Source of the DNA: Chitinophagaceae bacterium
GTDB taxonomy: Bacteria > Bacteroidota > Bacteroidia > Chitinophagales > Chitinophagaceae
Assembly (NCBI GenBank): GCA_021738605.1
Contig: JAIPBY010000001.1
Coordinates: 1 to 41,495 of the forward strand
DNA: 41,495 bases
Direction: 5' to 3'
Part shown: positions 10,008-19,477 of the stretch, one piece after another
Layout of the letters: the number at the start of each line of letters is the position of its first letter
Position numbering within the stretch: the first letter of the stretch is position 1
Notes under the pieces: model-generated
The model's database searches: none
The model's input: the letters and a program-made list of their open reading frames with translations, nothing else
Told to the model about the DNA's origin: nothing
Position numbers and translations under genes: made by a program

Positions 10008-11738
10008 TTACTCCAACACTTGTGCATACTTGATGAGCATCTCTTTCAACTCCTGGTAAGGTAGCTCCTGTGAAAGATAATTTTTATCCATCGCCATACA
10101 AGCAGCGATTGCAGCAGATTGACCCAAAACCATAAATACGGGTTCCATCCGGATAGAGCCAAAAGCGATATGAGATGCAGACAAACAAACGGGAACAAAC
10201 AAATTGGTTGTTTCTGTTTTTTTGGGCACAATTGATTTGTAGCTGATAGGGAAAGGACTGGAAACATGGGCTTCTACATTGCCTTCATTCTTTACAAACC
10301 CATTCAGGTCTACATATCGTTGAACATTGTGAGAATCCATACCATAGGCTCCCATGCCCACAGGATCCTGAACAACCTCAAACTGTTCACAATTCTTTTG
10401 GCTCATAACATAATCACTGATCATGCGCCTTGCTTCCCGTATATACAACTGGCCAGACCAACCATCACCATTTTCAAATTCGTCTTTGCACATTCCCCAT
10501 TTTGACACAACATCCCTTACTTCTTTTGGAACACGAGGGTGATAGGCCAATGACCACATCAAGCCCTGCTGGTATTTTTTATGGCGATCGGCAATGTTTA
10601 ATCGCTCTTCATAACTTGCCTCTGGATAAGCATAATTTTGTCCTATAAAATCTGTTGAAAATCCCTTTTGATTGTTGGTATCGGTTTTCTTGTTGGGCAT
10701 ATCTGAATTGATCCAGGGCACCAAAGGGTCACCATAAGTGTACATCTTGTTTACCAAACCATCAGCTGCCTCATAATTTCTGAAAAGCAATTCATAATCC
10801 ATATCATTGTAACCTTCTGGCTTCAGAAATGGAGTTCTGTTTTCAGGATGATCAGTCAATGTCATCCGGTAGCAGTATGCCTGTATTTTATGATCAGCCA
10901 TACCATCAATGCCAGGTTTATCTTTATTGACGAATGGCAACAAGCCACTTTGAGGATTCCCTTTAACAACATAAGGATCTACACTTTCGACGAAATTGTG
11001 GTAATATCCATTCAACGAAACGGTTTTACGCAGTGTCAAACCCACTTTGTTGGCCTGAACACCATTCAAAGATTCCCCATATTGACTGTTTGATTCTCGG
11101 CCCACGGTATAACTTACCCCTGCAGCAGCCATCAAATCTCCTTCATATGTACAGTCAATAAACATCTTCCCACTGTACACTTCCCCAGTTTCCATTTGAA
11201 TGGATTTGATTGATTCCTTCAACTTAATGACCCCATTTTTACGGTTCAATTGTTGCTGATAAACCAGGGTAATGTTTTTCTCTTTGCCTAACATTGCCTT
11301 GAACACCTTTAAAGCTGCTGAAGGTTCAAAAGTCCACATCGCATCTTCATTGCCTGAAGTCCGGGTTTGTCCGCCATCCCGGTATGCTTCTCTTTTTTGC
11401 CAAATCCAATTTTCGGACTGCTGATAAAACTGCTTGATATTTTGATAAAATTCTCTGGACAATCCCCCGATGGCTTGTTTGTTGCCAATATCTGTTTGAC
11501 CCAACCCTCCGGAGGTTAATCCTCCGATGCGATCACTGGGTTCAATTAAAACTACTTTTTTCCCCATCCTGGAGCCCTGTATTGCAGCAGAAATTCCTGC
11601 AGAAGTAGCACCATAAATCACCAGATCGTAGGATTGATTTGATTGGCCGATGGCTTGTTGCAACAAAAGAATACAACACAAAGACAACAAATACTGGGCA
11701 GGATTTACGCGAGAAAAAAATGAACTTTTACTGATCAT
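10008..11738 (-). CDS. Secreted FAD-dependent oxidoreductase (FAD_oxidored family)
   Basis: Signal peptide; DLVIYGATSAGISAA dinucleotide-binding fold; FIDCTYEGDL; YIREARRM; SASHIAFGSIRMEP. Confidence 0.85.
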   Translation of the reverse strand: MISKSSFFSRVNPAQYLLSLCCILLLQQAIGQSNQSYDLVIYGATSAGISAAIQGSRMGKKVVLIEPSDRIGGLTSGGLGQTDIGNKQAIGGLSREFYQNIKQFYQQSENWIWQKREAYRDGGQTRTSGNEDAMWTFEPSAALKVFKAMLGKEKNITLVYQQQLNRKNGVIKLKESIKSIQMETGEVYSGKMFIDCTYEGDLMAAAGVSYTVGRESNSQYGESLNGVQANKVGLTLRKTVSLNGYYHNFVESVDPYVVKGNPQSGLLPFVNKDKPGIDGMADHKIQAYCYRMTLTDHPENRTPFLKPEGYNDMDYELLFRNYEAADGLVNKMYTYGDPLVPWINSDMPNKKTDTNNQKGFSTDFIGQNYAYPEASYEERLNIADRHKKYQQGLMWSLAYHPRVPKEVRDVVSKWGMCKDEFENGDGWSGQLYIREARRMISDYVMSQKNCEQFEVVQDPVGMGAYGMDSHNVQRYVDLNGFVKNEGNVEAHVSSPFPISYKSIVPKKTETTNLFVPVCLSASHIAFGSIRMEPVFMVLGQSAAIAACMAMDKNYLSQELPYQELKEMLIKYAQVLE

Positions 11739-11759
11739 GGGAAATAAATTTATTCAAAT

Positions 11760-12797
11760 TCATTTATGCGCTTTAAAAGCATCCAAACTCCAAGCATCCT
11801 GCCAATGTAATGAAAATTGATTGTTCCGAATATCCACAGGCAACCAAATATACCTGCTTTCAAAGGGGTGATCAGGCTTGTTGACATCAAACATGGCAAT
11901 GTAAGCGTCTTCACGTCCTTGAACCTTCAAAATAAAAGTGGATTGGCCTCCAAAAGCTTTTTCAGGACCCAGGCCATTGATTGGGTTGATTCCTGAACAG
12001 GGATTGTCATGGTATTCCCATGGGCCTGTAAGAGATGTACTGGTGAAATACCTTGCAGGATTGGGATCCCAGCCGGTGGATCCGGAAGCCAGCAAATGAT
12101 ACGTCCCATTGCGCTTCACGATTGAGGGTGCTTCAGTCTTTTCTAGAATTCCGGAGCAAACTACGTATTGTCCTGCCGGTAACAAATACTCCTCATTCAT
12201 TTTGCCAACAACAAATGCCTTGTCAGGTTTTCTCACTGCCAGGTGATATAAATCTCCATTTTCCTCCTGATACATGGCGAAATCACCGGAACCATTGGGA
12301 GAATTGGCTCCAAGGAATTTGTGGCTATAAGTGAAGGGGCCAGTCGGACTTTTTGAAAGGGCCACGCCAACGAAGCCCGTTTCTACACCGAAACCTTTTA
12401 GGTACAATTTAAAAAATGCCACAAAATTACCTGTCTTGGCATTGAAGACAACTTTAGGACGGTCAAAATTACATTCATAGGCAAGATCTTGGGCATCATC
12501 CCCTTTGACCAAATTGAGTACCATTCCCATGTCCTGCCACTTCACCAGATCCTTAGAAGCATAACAGTGAATTCCTCCATCTGCATGTTTTGCTTCGGAC
12601 AAGCCTTGTAATTTATGGGTACCATACCAATAATAAATACCATTGTGGTAAAGAACCCCTCCACCATGCGCATTAATGCGCTCACCACGTGAGTCATTCC
12701 ACAATTTACCGGGTTGAATGTTCAACTTGGAACCCATTTGCTGGGCCTGCAAAAAACCCACATTAAAAAAGATAATCAGCAGTATTAAATGTTTCAT
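11760..12797 (-). CDS. Glycoside hydrolase family 43 (GH43_24-like five-bladed propeller)
   Basis: INAHGGGVLYHNGIYYWYG, EAPSIVKRNGTYHLLASGSTGWDPN, GGQSTF, SRYIWLP. Start moved to MKHLILLII (signal peptide) to remove overlap with the divergent gene. Confidence 0.82.
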   Translation of the reverse strand: MKHLILLIIFFNVGFLQAQQMGSKLNIQPGKLWNDSRGERINAHGGGVLYHNGIYYWYGTHKLQGLSEAKHADGGIHCYASKDLVKWQDMGMVLNLVKGDDAQDLAYECNFDRPKVVFNAKTGNFVAFFKLYLKGFGVETGFVGVALSKSPTGPFTYSHKFLGANSPNGSGDFAMYQEENGDLYHLAVRKPDKAFVVGKMNEEYLLPAGQYVVCSGILEKTEAPSIVKRNGTYHLLASGSTGWDPNPARYFTSTSLTGPWEYHDNPCSGINPINGLGPEKAFGGQSTFILKVQGREDAYIAMFDVNKPDHPFESRYIWLPVDIRNNQFSLHWQDAWSLDAFKAHK

Positions 12798-12894
12798 GCC
12801 CGCATCATTATAGTTGAATGTAAACAATTTTCTAATTAGGTGTATGTTGATGCGGATGGTATATTTGTAACTCAATAAAATCAAAAATAATTTT

Positions 12895-13911
12895 ATGCAG
12901 AAAATTTTGATTGCCTGCCTGCTGAGCATCTCAACCATAGGGATGGCACAGGATACAACAGAAGTATTTGATTATAGCAAATTTGGTGATGCGCAAGGCG
13001 TAAAACGCTATTGCACACAAAAAGTAGCCAATCAGACCCCTCAACGCATTATTCATCTTGGCTATGAATCCACAGGAAGTTTTCAAATGCCCGGTGTGCC
13101 ATTAAGCTCCATGTTGCCCGCCATGCAAGACTTTAGTGTGAACAGGGTTTCCGCCATCCGCGCCCAGGTAAACATTCCAGTTGTGTCTACCAATAAAATC
13201 ATCTGGCAATTGGGTGCCAATTATTGGGGCAGTAATTTTAACCTTGAAAACCCGGGAACAAACCTTTTTGCAAAAGAGCTGAACAATAACTCAATGACCA
13301 GCGCGGGTATCAACTCCACCATCTTCAAGCCATTGAATGAAAAGAATTTTCTGATCTTACAGGCCAGTATCGACGCCAATGGTTTTTTCAAAAGCATGAG
13401 TGATATCAACGGAAAATCTCTTACGTTGAGTGCTACAGCGATTTATGGATGGAAAACATCCGAAAAGAACATGATTGGAACGGGTATTGCCCGTACATAC
13501 CGTGCAGGACAGCTCATCCATGTTCCGGTGCTGTTTTGGAACAAAACCTTTAATGACAAATGGGGTATGGAATTGCTGTTGCCAGCCAAAGGGCATTTGA
13601 GGTATAATTTTTCTACTTCCAATATGCTTCAAGCAGGATTTGAGCTTGAGGGCAACCAGTTTTCAATGAGATTACCCAACAGCCAAAATGGCACGGTGTT
13701 TATTCAAAGGGGTGAATTCAAACCAAGGATCATGTGGGACAAGAAAATCAGTGGATTCATATGGTTCAACGTTCAAGCAGGTCTTCGTTACAATTATAGG
13801 TTTGATGTGATGAACCAATATGATGCAAAGAAAGACAACCAACGCTATTTTGCCAGCAAGCTTGGTAACCCGATGTTCTTCAACTTCAGCCTGAACTTCG
13901 TATCACCTTAA
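12895..13911 (+). CDS. Putative outer-membrane beta-barrel protein (DUF6268-like)
   Basis: Signal peptide, alternating amphipathic strands, PVLFWNKTFNDKWGMELLLP segment; TATATTTG promoter box at 12860-12867. Confidence 0.6.
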   Translation: MQKILIACLLSISTIGMAQDTTEVFDYSKFGDAQGVKRYCTQKVANQTPQRIIHLGYESTGSFQMPGVPLSSMLPAMQDFSVNRVSAIRAQVNIPVVSTNKIIWQLGANYWGSNFNLENPGTNLFAKELNNNSMTSAGINSTIFKPLNEKNFLILQASIDANGFFKSMSDINGKSLTLSATAIYGWKTSEKNMIGTGIARTYRAGQLIHVPVLFWNKTFNDKWGMELLLPAKGHLRYNFSTSNMLQAGFELEGNQFSMRLPNSQNGTVFIQRGEFKPRIMWDKKISGFIWFNVQAGLRYNYRFDVMNQYDAKKDNQRYFASKLGNPMFFNFSLNFVSP

Positions 13912-13928
13912 GAGGCAATCGCAATAAC

Positions 13929-13960
13929 AAAAAAGCCCCACTTGAAATGGGGCTTTTTTT
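13929..13960. terminator. Bidirectional intrinsic terminator
   Basis: AAAAAAGCCCCA-CTTGAAA-TGGGGCTTTTTTT between convergent genes. Confidence 0.9.
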
Positions 13961-13984
13961 ATGCTTTAACGAATGCATGATCTG

Positions 13985-14488
13985 CTATTTTGCAACCTGC
14001 CTCGTCCAGGTATCTGTTCGTCCAATCAAAGAAACGCCGATGAATCCCCTAACTTCAAGGCTATTGGCCTTGTCCAGCTTCACGCTGCAGGAATAGGTAT
14101 TGCCGTTTTTCGGATCATAAATATTCCCCTCTCCCCAGGTATTCTTTTCTTTGTACTCAAAACCCCAAACATTGATCAATCCGAGGATAGGACGTGTTCT
14201 GGATGACTCATCAGGATGAAACTTATCCACCTTAGGCTTACCAGTTTCAGGATCAATGGGTTCTTTTAACCAAACCACCTTGCCTTGGTATTTGTCACCA
14301 TTTTTGTAAATGCGCACCATTGCGTTGCCTTCACCGGTCTTCCAAACACCTACAATGGCATCCGGATTGTCTTGTTGGCTGCGAAAGGCAGTTGTTGTAA
14401 TCAGCAACAATGCAAGAGCCATTGATGCCAAAAAACTTCCTTTAACTACTGCGTAGAACTTTTGAGAAGAAATTTTGAATGTTTTCAT
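13985..14488 (-). CDS. DUF2147 domain protein
   Basis: IVGVWKT, GKVVWLKEP, GNIYDPKNGNTYSC, LEVRGFIGVSLIGRTDTWTR; minus-strand TATATTTG box at 14510-14517. Confidence 0.88.
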   Translation of the reverse strand: MKTFKISSQKFYAVVKGSFLASMALALLLITTTAFRSQQDNPDAIVGVWKTGEGNAMVRIYKNGDKYQGKVVWLKEPIDPETGKPKVDKFHPDESSRTRPILGLINVWGFEYKEKNTWGEGNIYDPKNGNTYSCSVKLDKANSLEVRGFIGVSLIGRTDTWTRQVAK

Positions 14489-14600
14489 GATCTGTTTCTA
14501 ATTATACAACAAATATAGAAAAACTTATTTCCTATTGCAGCATCCGAGCCCAACAGTTGGCAATAAACCATTTCTTGCCAATGATATAGGGTTTGGGAAT

Positions 14601-14637
14601 AAAAAAGCCCCCTTCTTGTTTGAAAAGGGGGCTAAAA
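14601..14637 (-). terminator. Intrinsic terminator downstream of tmRNA
   Basis: Minus strand AGCCCCCTT...AAGGGGGCT followed by a T run. Confidence 0.8.
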
Positions 14638-14663
14638 ATGATCACCCATAAAAGAGTGAAACG

Positions 14664-15030
14664 TGGAGCTGGTGGGATTCGAACCCACGTCCAAACATAT
14701 TCGCCGAATGCTTTCTACATGCTTATTTTGGAATTGATTGTCAGGAAACGGCAGGGGCCAAACGAACCAACTATTTCCGTAGCTGAATGGTCTTAGTCAA
14801 CCAGCACAGCCTATGGTTGAGGCAGCCTTATTTTTTTTGATTCAGCAGGGCGACTCGGTAAAGGCAAACCCGTCTGCCGGCTATAATGGGTGCGCTAATC
14901 TCTGATTAGGCAGCCATGGCGTAAGTGTTCTCGCCATTTATTGGTTTCGAATTCAGATTTAAGTGCTAATATTCGCAATGCACTGCATGCTTACATTCAA
15001 AGATCTACGCTGTCAATACCGGTCAGCCCC
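14664..15030 (-). ncRNA. ssrA: tmRNA
   Basis: 5' GGGGCTGACCGGTATTGAC; 3' T-arm GTGGGTTCGAATCCCAC followed by CAGCTCCA; tag frame GENTYAMAA* at 14935-14906; TAATTTTG promoter box at 15042-15049 (minus). Confidence 0.96.
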
Positions 15031-15134
15031 GATTGAACAAACAAAATTACCCCATTTCCAGACAGAAAATGATTTTTCTTCGAATAACTATTGTTAAAAC
15101 GGAGAAGTTGCAATAAATTTGCATCCCAATCATC

Positions 15135-15218
15135 GCCCAGATGGCGGAATTGGTAGACGCGCTAGACTCAAAATCTGGTTATCGCAAGGTAGTGCAGGTT
15201 CGATTCCTGTTCTGGGCA
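15135..15218 (+). tRNA. tRNA-Leu (CAA)
   Basis: GCCCAGA/TCTGGGC acceptor stem, D-loop GGAATTGGTAGAC, anticodon arm CTAGA-CTCAAAA-TCTGG, long variable arm, GGTTCGATTCC; CCA not encoded; TAAATTTG promoter box at 15114-15121. Confidence 0.96.
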
Positions 15219-15219
15219 C

Positions 15220-15253
15220 AAAACCCCTGATCATCAATGATTCAGGGGTTTTT
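15220..15253. terminator. Intrinsic terminator after tRNA-Leu (bidirectional form)
   Basis: AAAACCCCTGA-TCATCAATGAT-TCAGGGGTTTTT. Confidence 0.85.
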
Positions 15254-15258
15254 CTTTT

Positions 15259-15318
15259 CTTGGCCACCTCTATTTTAATCTTCTTGTTCTTGATCCTTTT
15301 CTCTTTGATCAATTGCAA
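15259..15318 (-). pseudogene. Relic copy of the 3' end of the DEAD-box helicase gene (direct repeat of 17854-17913)
   Basis: Translates LQLIKEKRIKNKKIKIEVAK versus helicase LQLIKEERIKNKKVKIEVAK (18/20); 48/57 nt identical over 15259-15315 versus 17854-17910. Confidence 0.88.
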
Positions 15319-15383
15319 ATTGGATTCAGCCTACCCTTTTTCGCCTGATTTTTGGTTTATCTTTAAAGCTCAAAAAAATACAT

Positions 15384-16094
15384 ATGCAAATAAAATTAAT
15401 GCTGATTGTCTCTTTTTCATTGATGGCCACATCCAAGCAAGCTATTGCCCAGGAGGCAAAACACTTGTTTATTCTATCTGGCCAAAGCAATATGGCAGGG
15501 CTAAAGCCGGAAGAATCATTTCTTCCAACTGTTGAAGCTGCTTTCGGAAAAAATAAGGTAATCGTGGTCAAAGACGCGATGGGCACTCAACCCATCCGAC
15601 GCTGGTATAAAGATTGGAAACCCATGCAGGGCGATATGCCAACTGCCCAACCTGAATTATACGATTCGCTGATGAAAAAAGTGAATGCAGCCATTAAATC
15701 CCAAAGCATTGCATCCGTAACATTTATCTGGATGCAGGGAGAACGTGATGCAAGAGAACAACTCGGCAATGTATATGAAAGAAGCCTACTGGGACTATAT
15801 CAACAACTTTCAGCCGACCTACATAGAAAGGATATCAATTTCGTCATAGGCAGGCTCAGCGATTTTGGTTTGACAAATGAGCAATATCCAGATTGGAATC
15901 TGATAAGAGAAATACAAGTTAAAGTTGCCCAATCAAACCCCCGCTTTGCATGGGTCAACACTGATGACCTGAATGACGGCTTTGACCGAAGCGGCAAAGC
16001 CATAAAAAATGATTTGCATATGTCTGGCGAAGGGTACATCAGTTTGGGAAACAGATTTGCCAAGGAGGCCATTCGGATCATAAACAACAAATAA
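15384..16094 (+). CDS. Carbohydrate acetylesterase, SASA/CE6-like SGNH fold
   Basis: Signal peptide; FILSGQSNMAG, WMQGERD, C-terminal DxxH-like NDLHM. Confidence 0.85.
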   Translation: MQIKLMLIVSFSLMATSKQAIAQEAKHLFILSGQSNMAGLKPEESFLPTVEAAFGKNKVIVVKDAMGTQPIRRWYKDWKPMQGDMPTAQPELYDSLMKKVNAAIKSQSIASVTFIWMQGERDAREQLGNVYERSLLGLYQQLSADLHRKDINFVIGRLSDFGLTNEQYPDWNLIREIQVKVAQSNPRFAWVNTDDLNDGFDRSGKAIKNDLHMSGEGYISLGNRFAKEAIRIINNK

Positions 16095-16140
16095 TAAGGT
16101 AGTTATTGGCGCGTAAACAACTTTCTGCCAGAATTGAACT

Positions 16141-17832
16141 ATGCCCGCAAATCAACTAACGATTAAAATTGGAACAATGCTCAAAGACCAGCTTAAAATC
16201 ATCTTTTTTTTAGTTGCACTATTTTCCATGCACAGTGCTATTGCAACGGATTATTTCATCAATAATGCTGTAGGGAATGATGCCAATGTAGGCATGTCAG
16301 AAACACAACCGTTCAAATCAATAGAAAAAATAAATACCGTTCTATTAAAACCCGGCGACAGGATACTTTTTGCTGCAGGACAGGTTTTTCCCGGTGAGCT
16401 ACGTTTGATTGGCGTACAAGGCCTTCCTGGTAAGCTTGTTATTATTAGCAGCTATTTTGAGGGTAGCGAAAAGCCAACAGCTGAAGCCAAGGTGAACTTT
16501 ATGATAAATGCCAAGGGCATGCCCAATGGTTTGCTGATTCAGGATTGCAGTTATATTTTGGTAAAGCATGCAATCATTGAAGCAGATGGATATGAAACTG
16601 AAAAACCTTCGGAAGATAAGATGCGGGTTGGGGTAAAAATTACGGCATCACCAGGAAAAATTTGCAAGAATATTCAGCTTGACAGTCTTGAAATCAAGAA
16701 CATTTATTTTGAGAACAAAGGATTTGTGAGAAACGCAGAAGAAGTGAAAACCGCTAACGGAACACAAAGGTATGGCTGGGGTATACGCCTATTAGCGGAT
16801 CACCCAACAGCTCAAATCACGCAGGTTGAGATCAGCAATTGCCGCATCAGGGATGTGGACCATACTGGCATAAAAATCACAGGGGCCAACAAAAACATTC
16901 ACTGGATAAACATACATGAAAATGATATTGCCAATACCGGAGGCCCCGGCATCCAAATGAGTGAAGTGAAAAATATTCATGTGCACCATAATTCGGTAGA
17001 TCATTCGGGAAGCAACAACGATAGTCGCAAATGGGGAAGAGGAAGCGGACTCTGGACATGGAGCGCTTCGCAGGTGCTGATTGAACACAACAGCTTCACA
17101 TATGCGAATGGTCCGGGTGATTCGGCCGGAGCACATGTTGATTTCAACTGCGATCATGTTGTGCTTCAGTATAATTTCAGCGCATGGAATGCTGGTGGAT
17201 TCTGTGAAATATTGGGCAACAATTACAATTGTGCATACAGGTACAACATAAGCGTAAATGACGGCTTTCGCATCAAAGGTGAAAATGGTGCATTTCAGGA
17301 AGGCAAAATATTTTGGTTGAGTGGCTATCAGGGTGAACAAAAACCAAGGAAAGGACCTGTAAATAGTTACTTCTATAACAATACCATTTATCTGGATACA
17401 ACCATTACAGCAAGAATTGCCATTGATGGAACATCAACAGGTATTATGATTGCAAATAATATTTTTTGCATCATGGGCACTTCCAAAATGGTACTCGGCG
17501 ATCAGAATAAAACTGATAAAGTTGGCACAAGTTTGGATGGTCCAGTGTTTTTCAAAAATAACCTTTGGTATTCAACTAATGCATGGCCAGCAGATGCAGT
17601 GATTAAAGACTCCAACCCGAAAATAGGGAACCCCTTTTTCAAAAATCCTGGCGGACTCCGCATTCAAGATTATATACCAGGGAATATTGATTTCATAAAA
17701 GAAAAGGGTATAAAAATTGAACCACTTCCCGGTGATTTTCTTGGCTTGCTGCAGGGTATGAATCCTGGGAAAGATATCCTTGGAAAACCCATTGGAGACA
17801 AACCGCATATTGGTGCCATTGCGCCTGATTAA
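16141..17832 (+). CDS. Secreted right-handed parallel beta-helix protein (putative polysaccharide lyase/hydrolase)
   Basis: TDYFINNAVGNDAN...LKPGDRILFAAG N-terminus and Asn/Ile-rich beta-helix repeats; true start may be MLKDQ at 16177. Confidence 0.72.
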   Translation: MPANQLTIKIGTMLKDQLKIIFFLVALFSMHSAIATDYFINNAVGNDANVGMSETQPFKSIEKINTVLLKPGDRILFAAGQVFPGELRLIGVQGLPGKLVIISSYFEGSEKPTAEAKVNFMINAKGMPNGLLIQDCSYILVKHAIIEADGYETEKPSEDKMRVGVKITASPGKICKNIQLDSLEIKNIYFENKGFVRNAEEVKTANGTQRYGWGIRLLADHPTAQITQVEISNCRIRDVDHTGIKITGANKNIHWINIHENDIANTGGPGIQMSEVKNIHVHHNSVDHSGSNNDSRKWGRGSGLWTWSASQVLIEHNSFTYANGPGDSAGAHVDFNCDHVVLQYNFSAWNAGGFCEILGNNYNCAYRYNISVNDGFRIKGENGAFQEGKIFWLSGYQGEQKPRKGPVNSYFYNNTIYLDTTITARIAIDGTSTGIMIANNIFCIMGTSKMVLGDQNKTDKVGTSLDGPVFFKNNLWYSTNAWPADAVIKDSNPKIGNPFFKNPGGLRIQDYIPGNIDFIKEKGIKIEPLPGDFLGLLQGMNPGKDILGKPIGDKPHIGAIAPD

Positions 17833-17850
17833 AACAAGATGCACGGTTTC

Positions 17851-19173
17851 TTACTTGGCCACTTCAATTTTCACCTTCTTGTTTTTGATTCTTTCTTCCT
17901 TGATCAATTGGAGTGTAGGCCCTGCCTTTGATTTACGGATGGCTACAAACGAAAAGAAATCCTTCACTTCAATCAACCCGATTTCTTCTTTTTTGAGCCT
18001 CCCCTTGTTGGTAAAAAATCCCACAATATCAATCTTGTTGACCTTGTCTTTTTTTCCGGCACTGATGTAAAAGGTTGTCCAATCTGGCTTGGCTGGCAAG
18101 GTTAAATCGGCGGGAAGTTCAATGGTTGAAGGCTCAGGGAGAATATAGGGCGGAACGGTTTCTTGCGGCGCAAGCAATAAAATCGCTGTTCCACTGGCCT
18201 CCATCCTGGCTGTACGACCATTGCGGTGTATGAAAGACTCCTCTGATGTGGGAAGCTGGTAATGAACGATATAACGGATGTTGGGAATGTCCAACCCCCT
18301 TGCAGCAAGGTCAGTGGTCACCAGCAGATTGGAGGTACCATTGCGGAACTTGCAGAGGGCAACATCGCGCTCTTGCTGTTCCATGGCTCCGTGGTAGAAT
18401 ACATTTACGATGCCTTTGTCTTTCAGAAAATTGCTTACCTGTTCTACAATTTCCCTTTGGTTGCAAAACACAATGGTGGAACGGTTGCCCAAGGCGCAAA
18501 TCAGGTTAAACAATGCAGTTGATTTGTTAGCATCATCGCTTCTCAGCATTTGTACTGCCAATGCCGGAGACTTCTCTCCTGTTAAAAAATTGATTTCAAC
18601 AGGATTTTTCAACCCTACAAAAGCAGGTATCTCAACTGCCTCAGTGGCAGAGGTGAGCATTCTTTTTGTCAGGTTGTGCAATGATGTAATGATAAATGAC
18701 ATCTCCGCTTCAAATCCCTGTTCCAGCGATTTATCAAACTCATCCAAGACCAGGGTTTCAATGTGAGAGGTGGTGATGTTACCTCGCCTGATATGATCAG
18801 CCAGCCTTCCAGGAGTACCCACAATAAGTGCTGGGGCTTGTTTAAGGTTATTCTCTTCCGTTTCACGCAGGTGCCCACCATAACAGCAGGTGATCTTGAA
18901 TCCTGTTCCCATCTTTTTGAACACCTGTTCAATTTGCAAAGCCAATTCCCTGGAAGAAACAATGATCATTGCCTGGCTCACTTTCTTTGCTTTGTCCAAC
19001 AACTGGGCAACGGGCAACAAGAATGCAAGTGTTTTACCGGATCCCGTATCCGCCAGCAACACCACTGATTCATTGGCTTTGTTGGCTTCCAGGGATGACA
19101 GCTGCATCTCATTCAGTGCTTTGATCTGTAGGTTGGAAAGGGCGTCTTCAATAGAAAAGGAGGCTATGTGCAT
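17851..19173 (-). CDS. DEAD/DEAH-box RNA helicase, DbpA-like
   Basis: TGSGKT, GTPGR, DEFD, SAT, TDLAARGLD, HRNGRTAR and a C-terminal DbpA-type RNA-binding domain (GKKDKVNKIDIVG). ATG at 19173 lies 4 nt after a TACTTTTG box (19178-19185). Confidence 0.93.
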   Translation of the reverse strand: MHIASFSIEDALSNLQIKALNEMQLSSLEANKANESVVLLADTGSGKTLAFLLPVAQLLDKAKKVSQAMIIVSSRELALQIEQVFKKMGTGFKITCCYGGHLRETEENNLKQAPALIVGTPGRLADHIRRGNITTSHIETLVLDEFDKSLEQGFEAEMSFIITSLHNLTKRMLTSATEAVEIPAFVGLKNPVEINFLTGEKSPALAVQMLRSDDANKSTALFNLICALGNRSTIVFCNQREIVEQVSNFLKDKGIVNVFYHGAMEQQERDVALCKFRNGTSNLLVTTDLAARGLDIPNIRYIVHYQLPTSEESFIHRNGRTARMEASGTAILLLAPQETVPPYILPEPSTIELPADLTLPAKPDWTTFYISAGKKDKVNKIDIVGFFTNKGRLKKEEIGLIEVKDFFSFVAIRKSKAGPTLQLIKEERIKNKKVKIEVAK

Positions 19174-19211
19174 GAAGCAAAAGTAAGCCAAATCGATGTG
19201 CAGACTGGCAC

Positions 19212-19326
19212 AAAAAAAGGAACTGGGGTTTGCCCAGTTCCGAGATACAGCAGTTTTAAACCCTTTTACGAAATCCTATTGTCTGCTTTAATCAAACCGG
19301 CATGGGACGATGTCCTTTAACCGACT
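19212..19326 (-). ncRNA. Candidate small RNA (~115 nt)
   Basis: TATGTTTG promoter box at 19331-19338 (minus), short internal stems, 9-bp GGAACTGGG/CCCAGTTCC hairpin plus T7; the downstream helicase has its own promoter box. Confidence 0.6.
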
Positions 19327-19477
19327 GATGCAAACATACGTTTCGGCTTGATGCCCATCCAATGGCAGCAGTCATTGATGATGATGACCTTAATCAGTTT
19401 AAGCATCAATACACATCATAAATTAATCCTCACAAGGAAATTAGTTTGCATACAATCATCACCTTAAAACAATAGCC

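Noticed and set aside
15119-15535. ORFs 15119-15535 (+), 15130-15318 (-) and the nearby 14593-14796 (+)
   Set aside because: They overlap tRNA-Leu or tmRNA; only the helicase-derived relic within 15130-15318 is meaningful.
17851-19173. DEFD instead of DEAD as a sign of inactivation
   Set aside because: It still fits DExD and the other helicase motifs are present.
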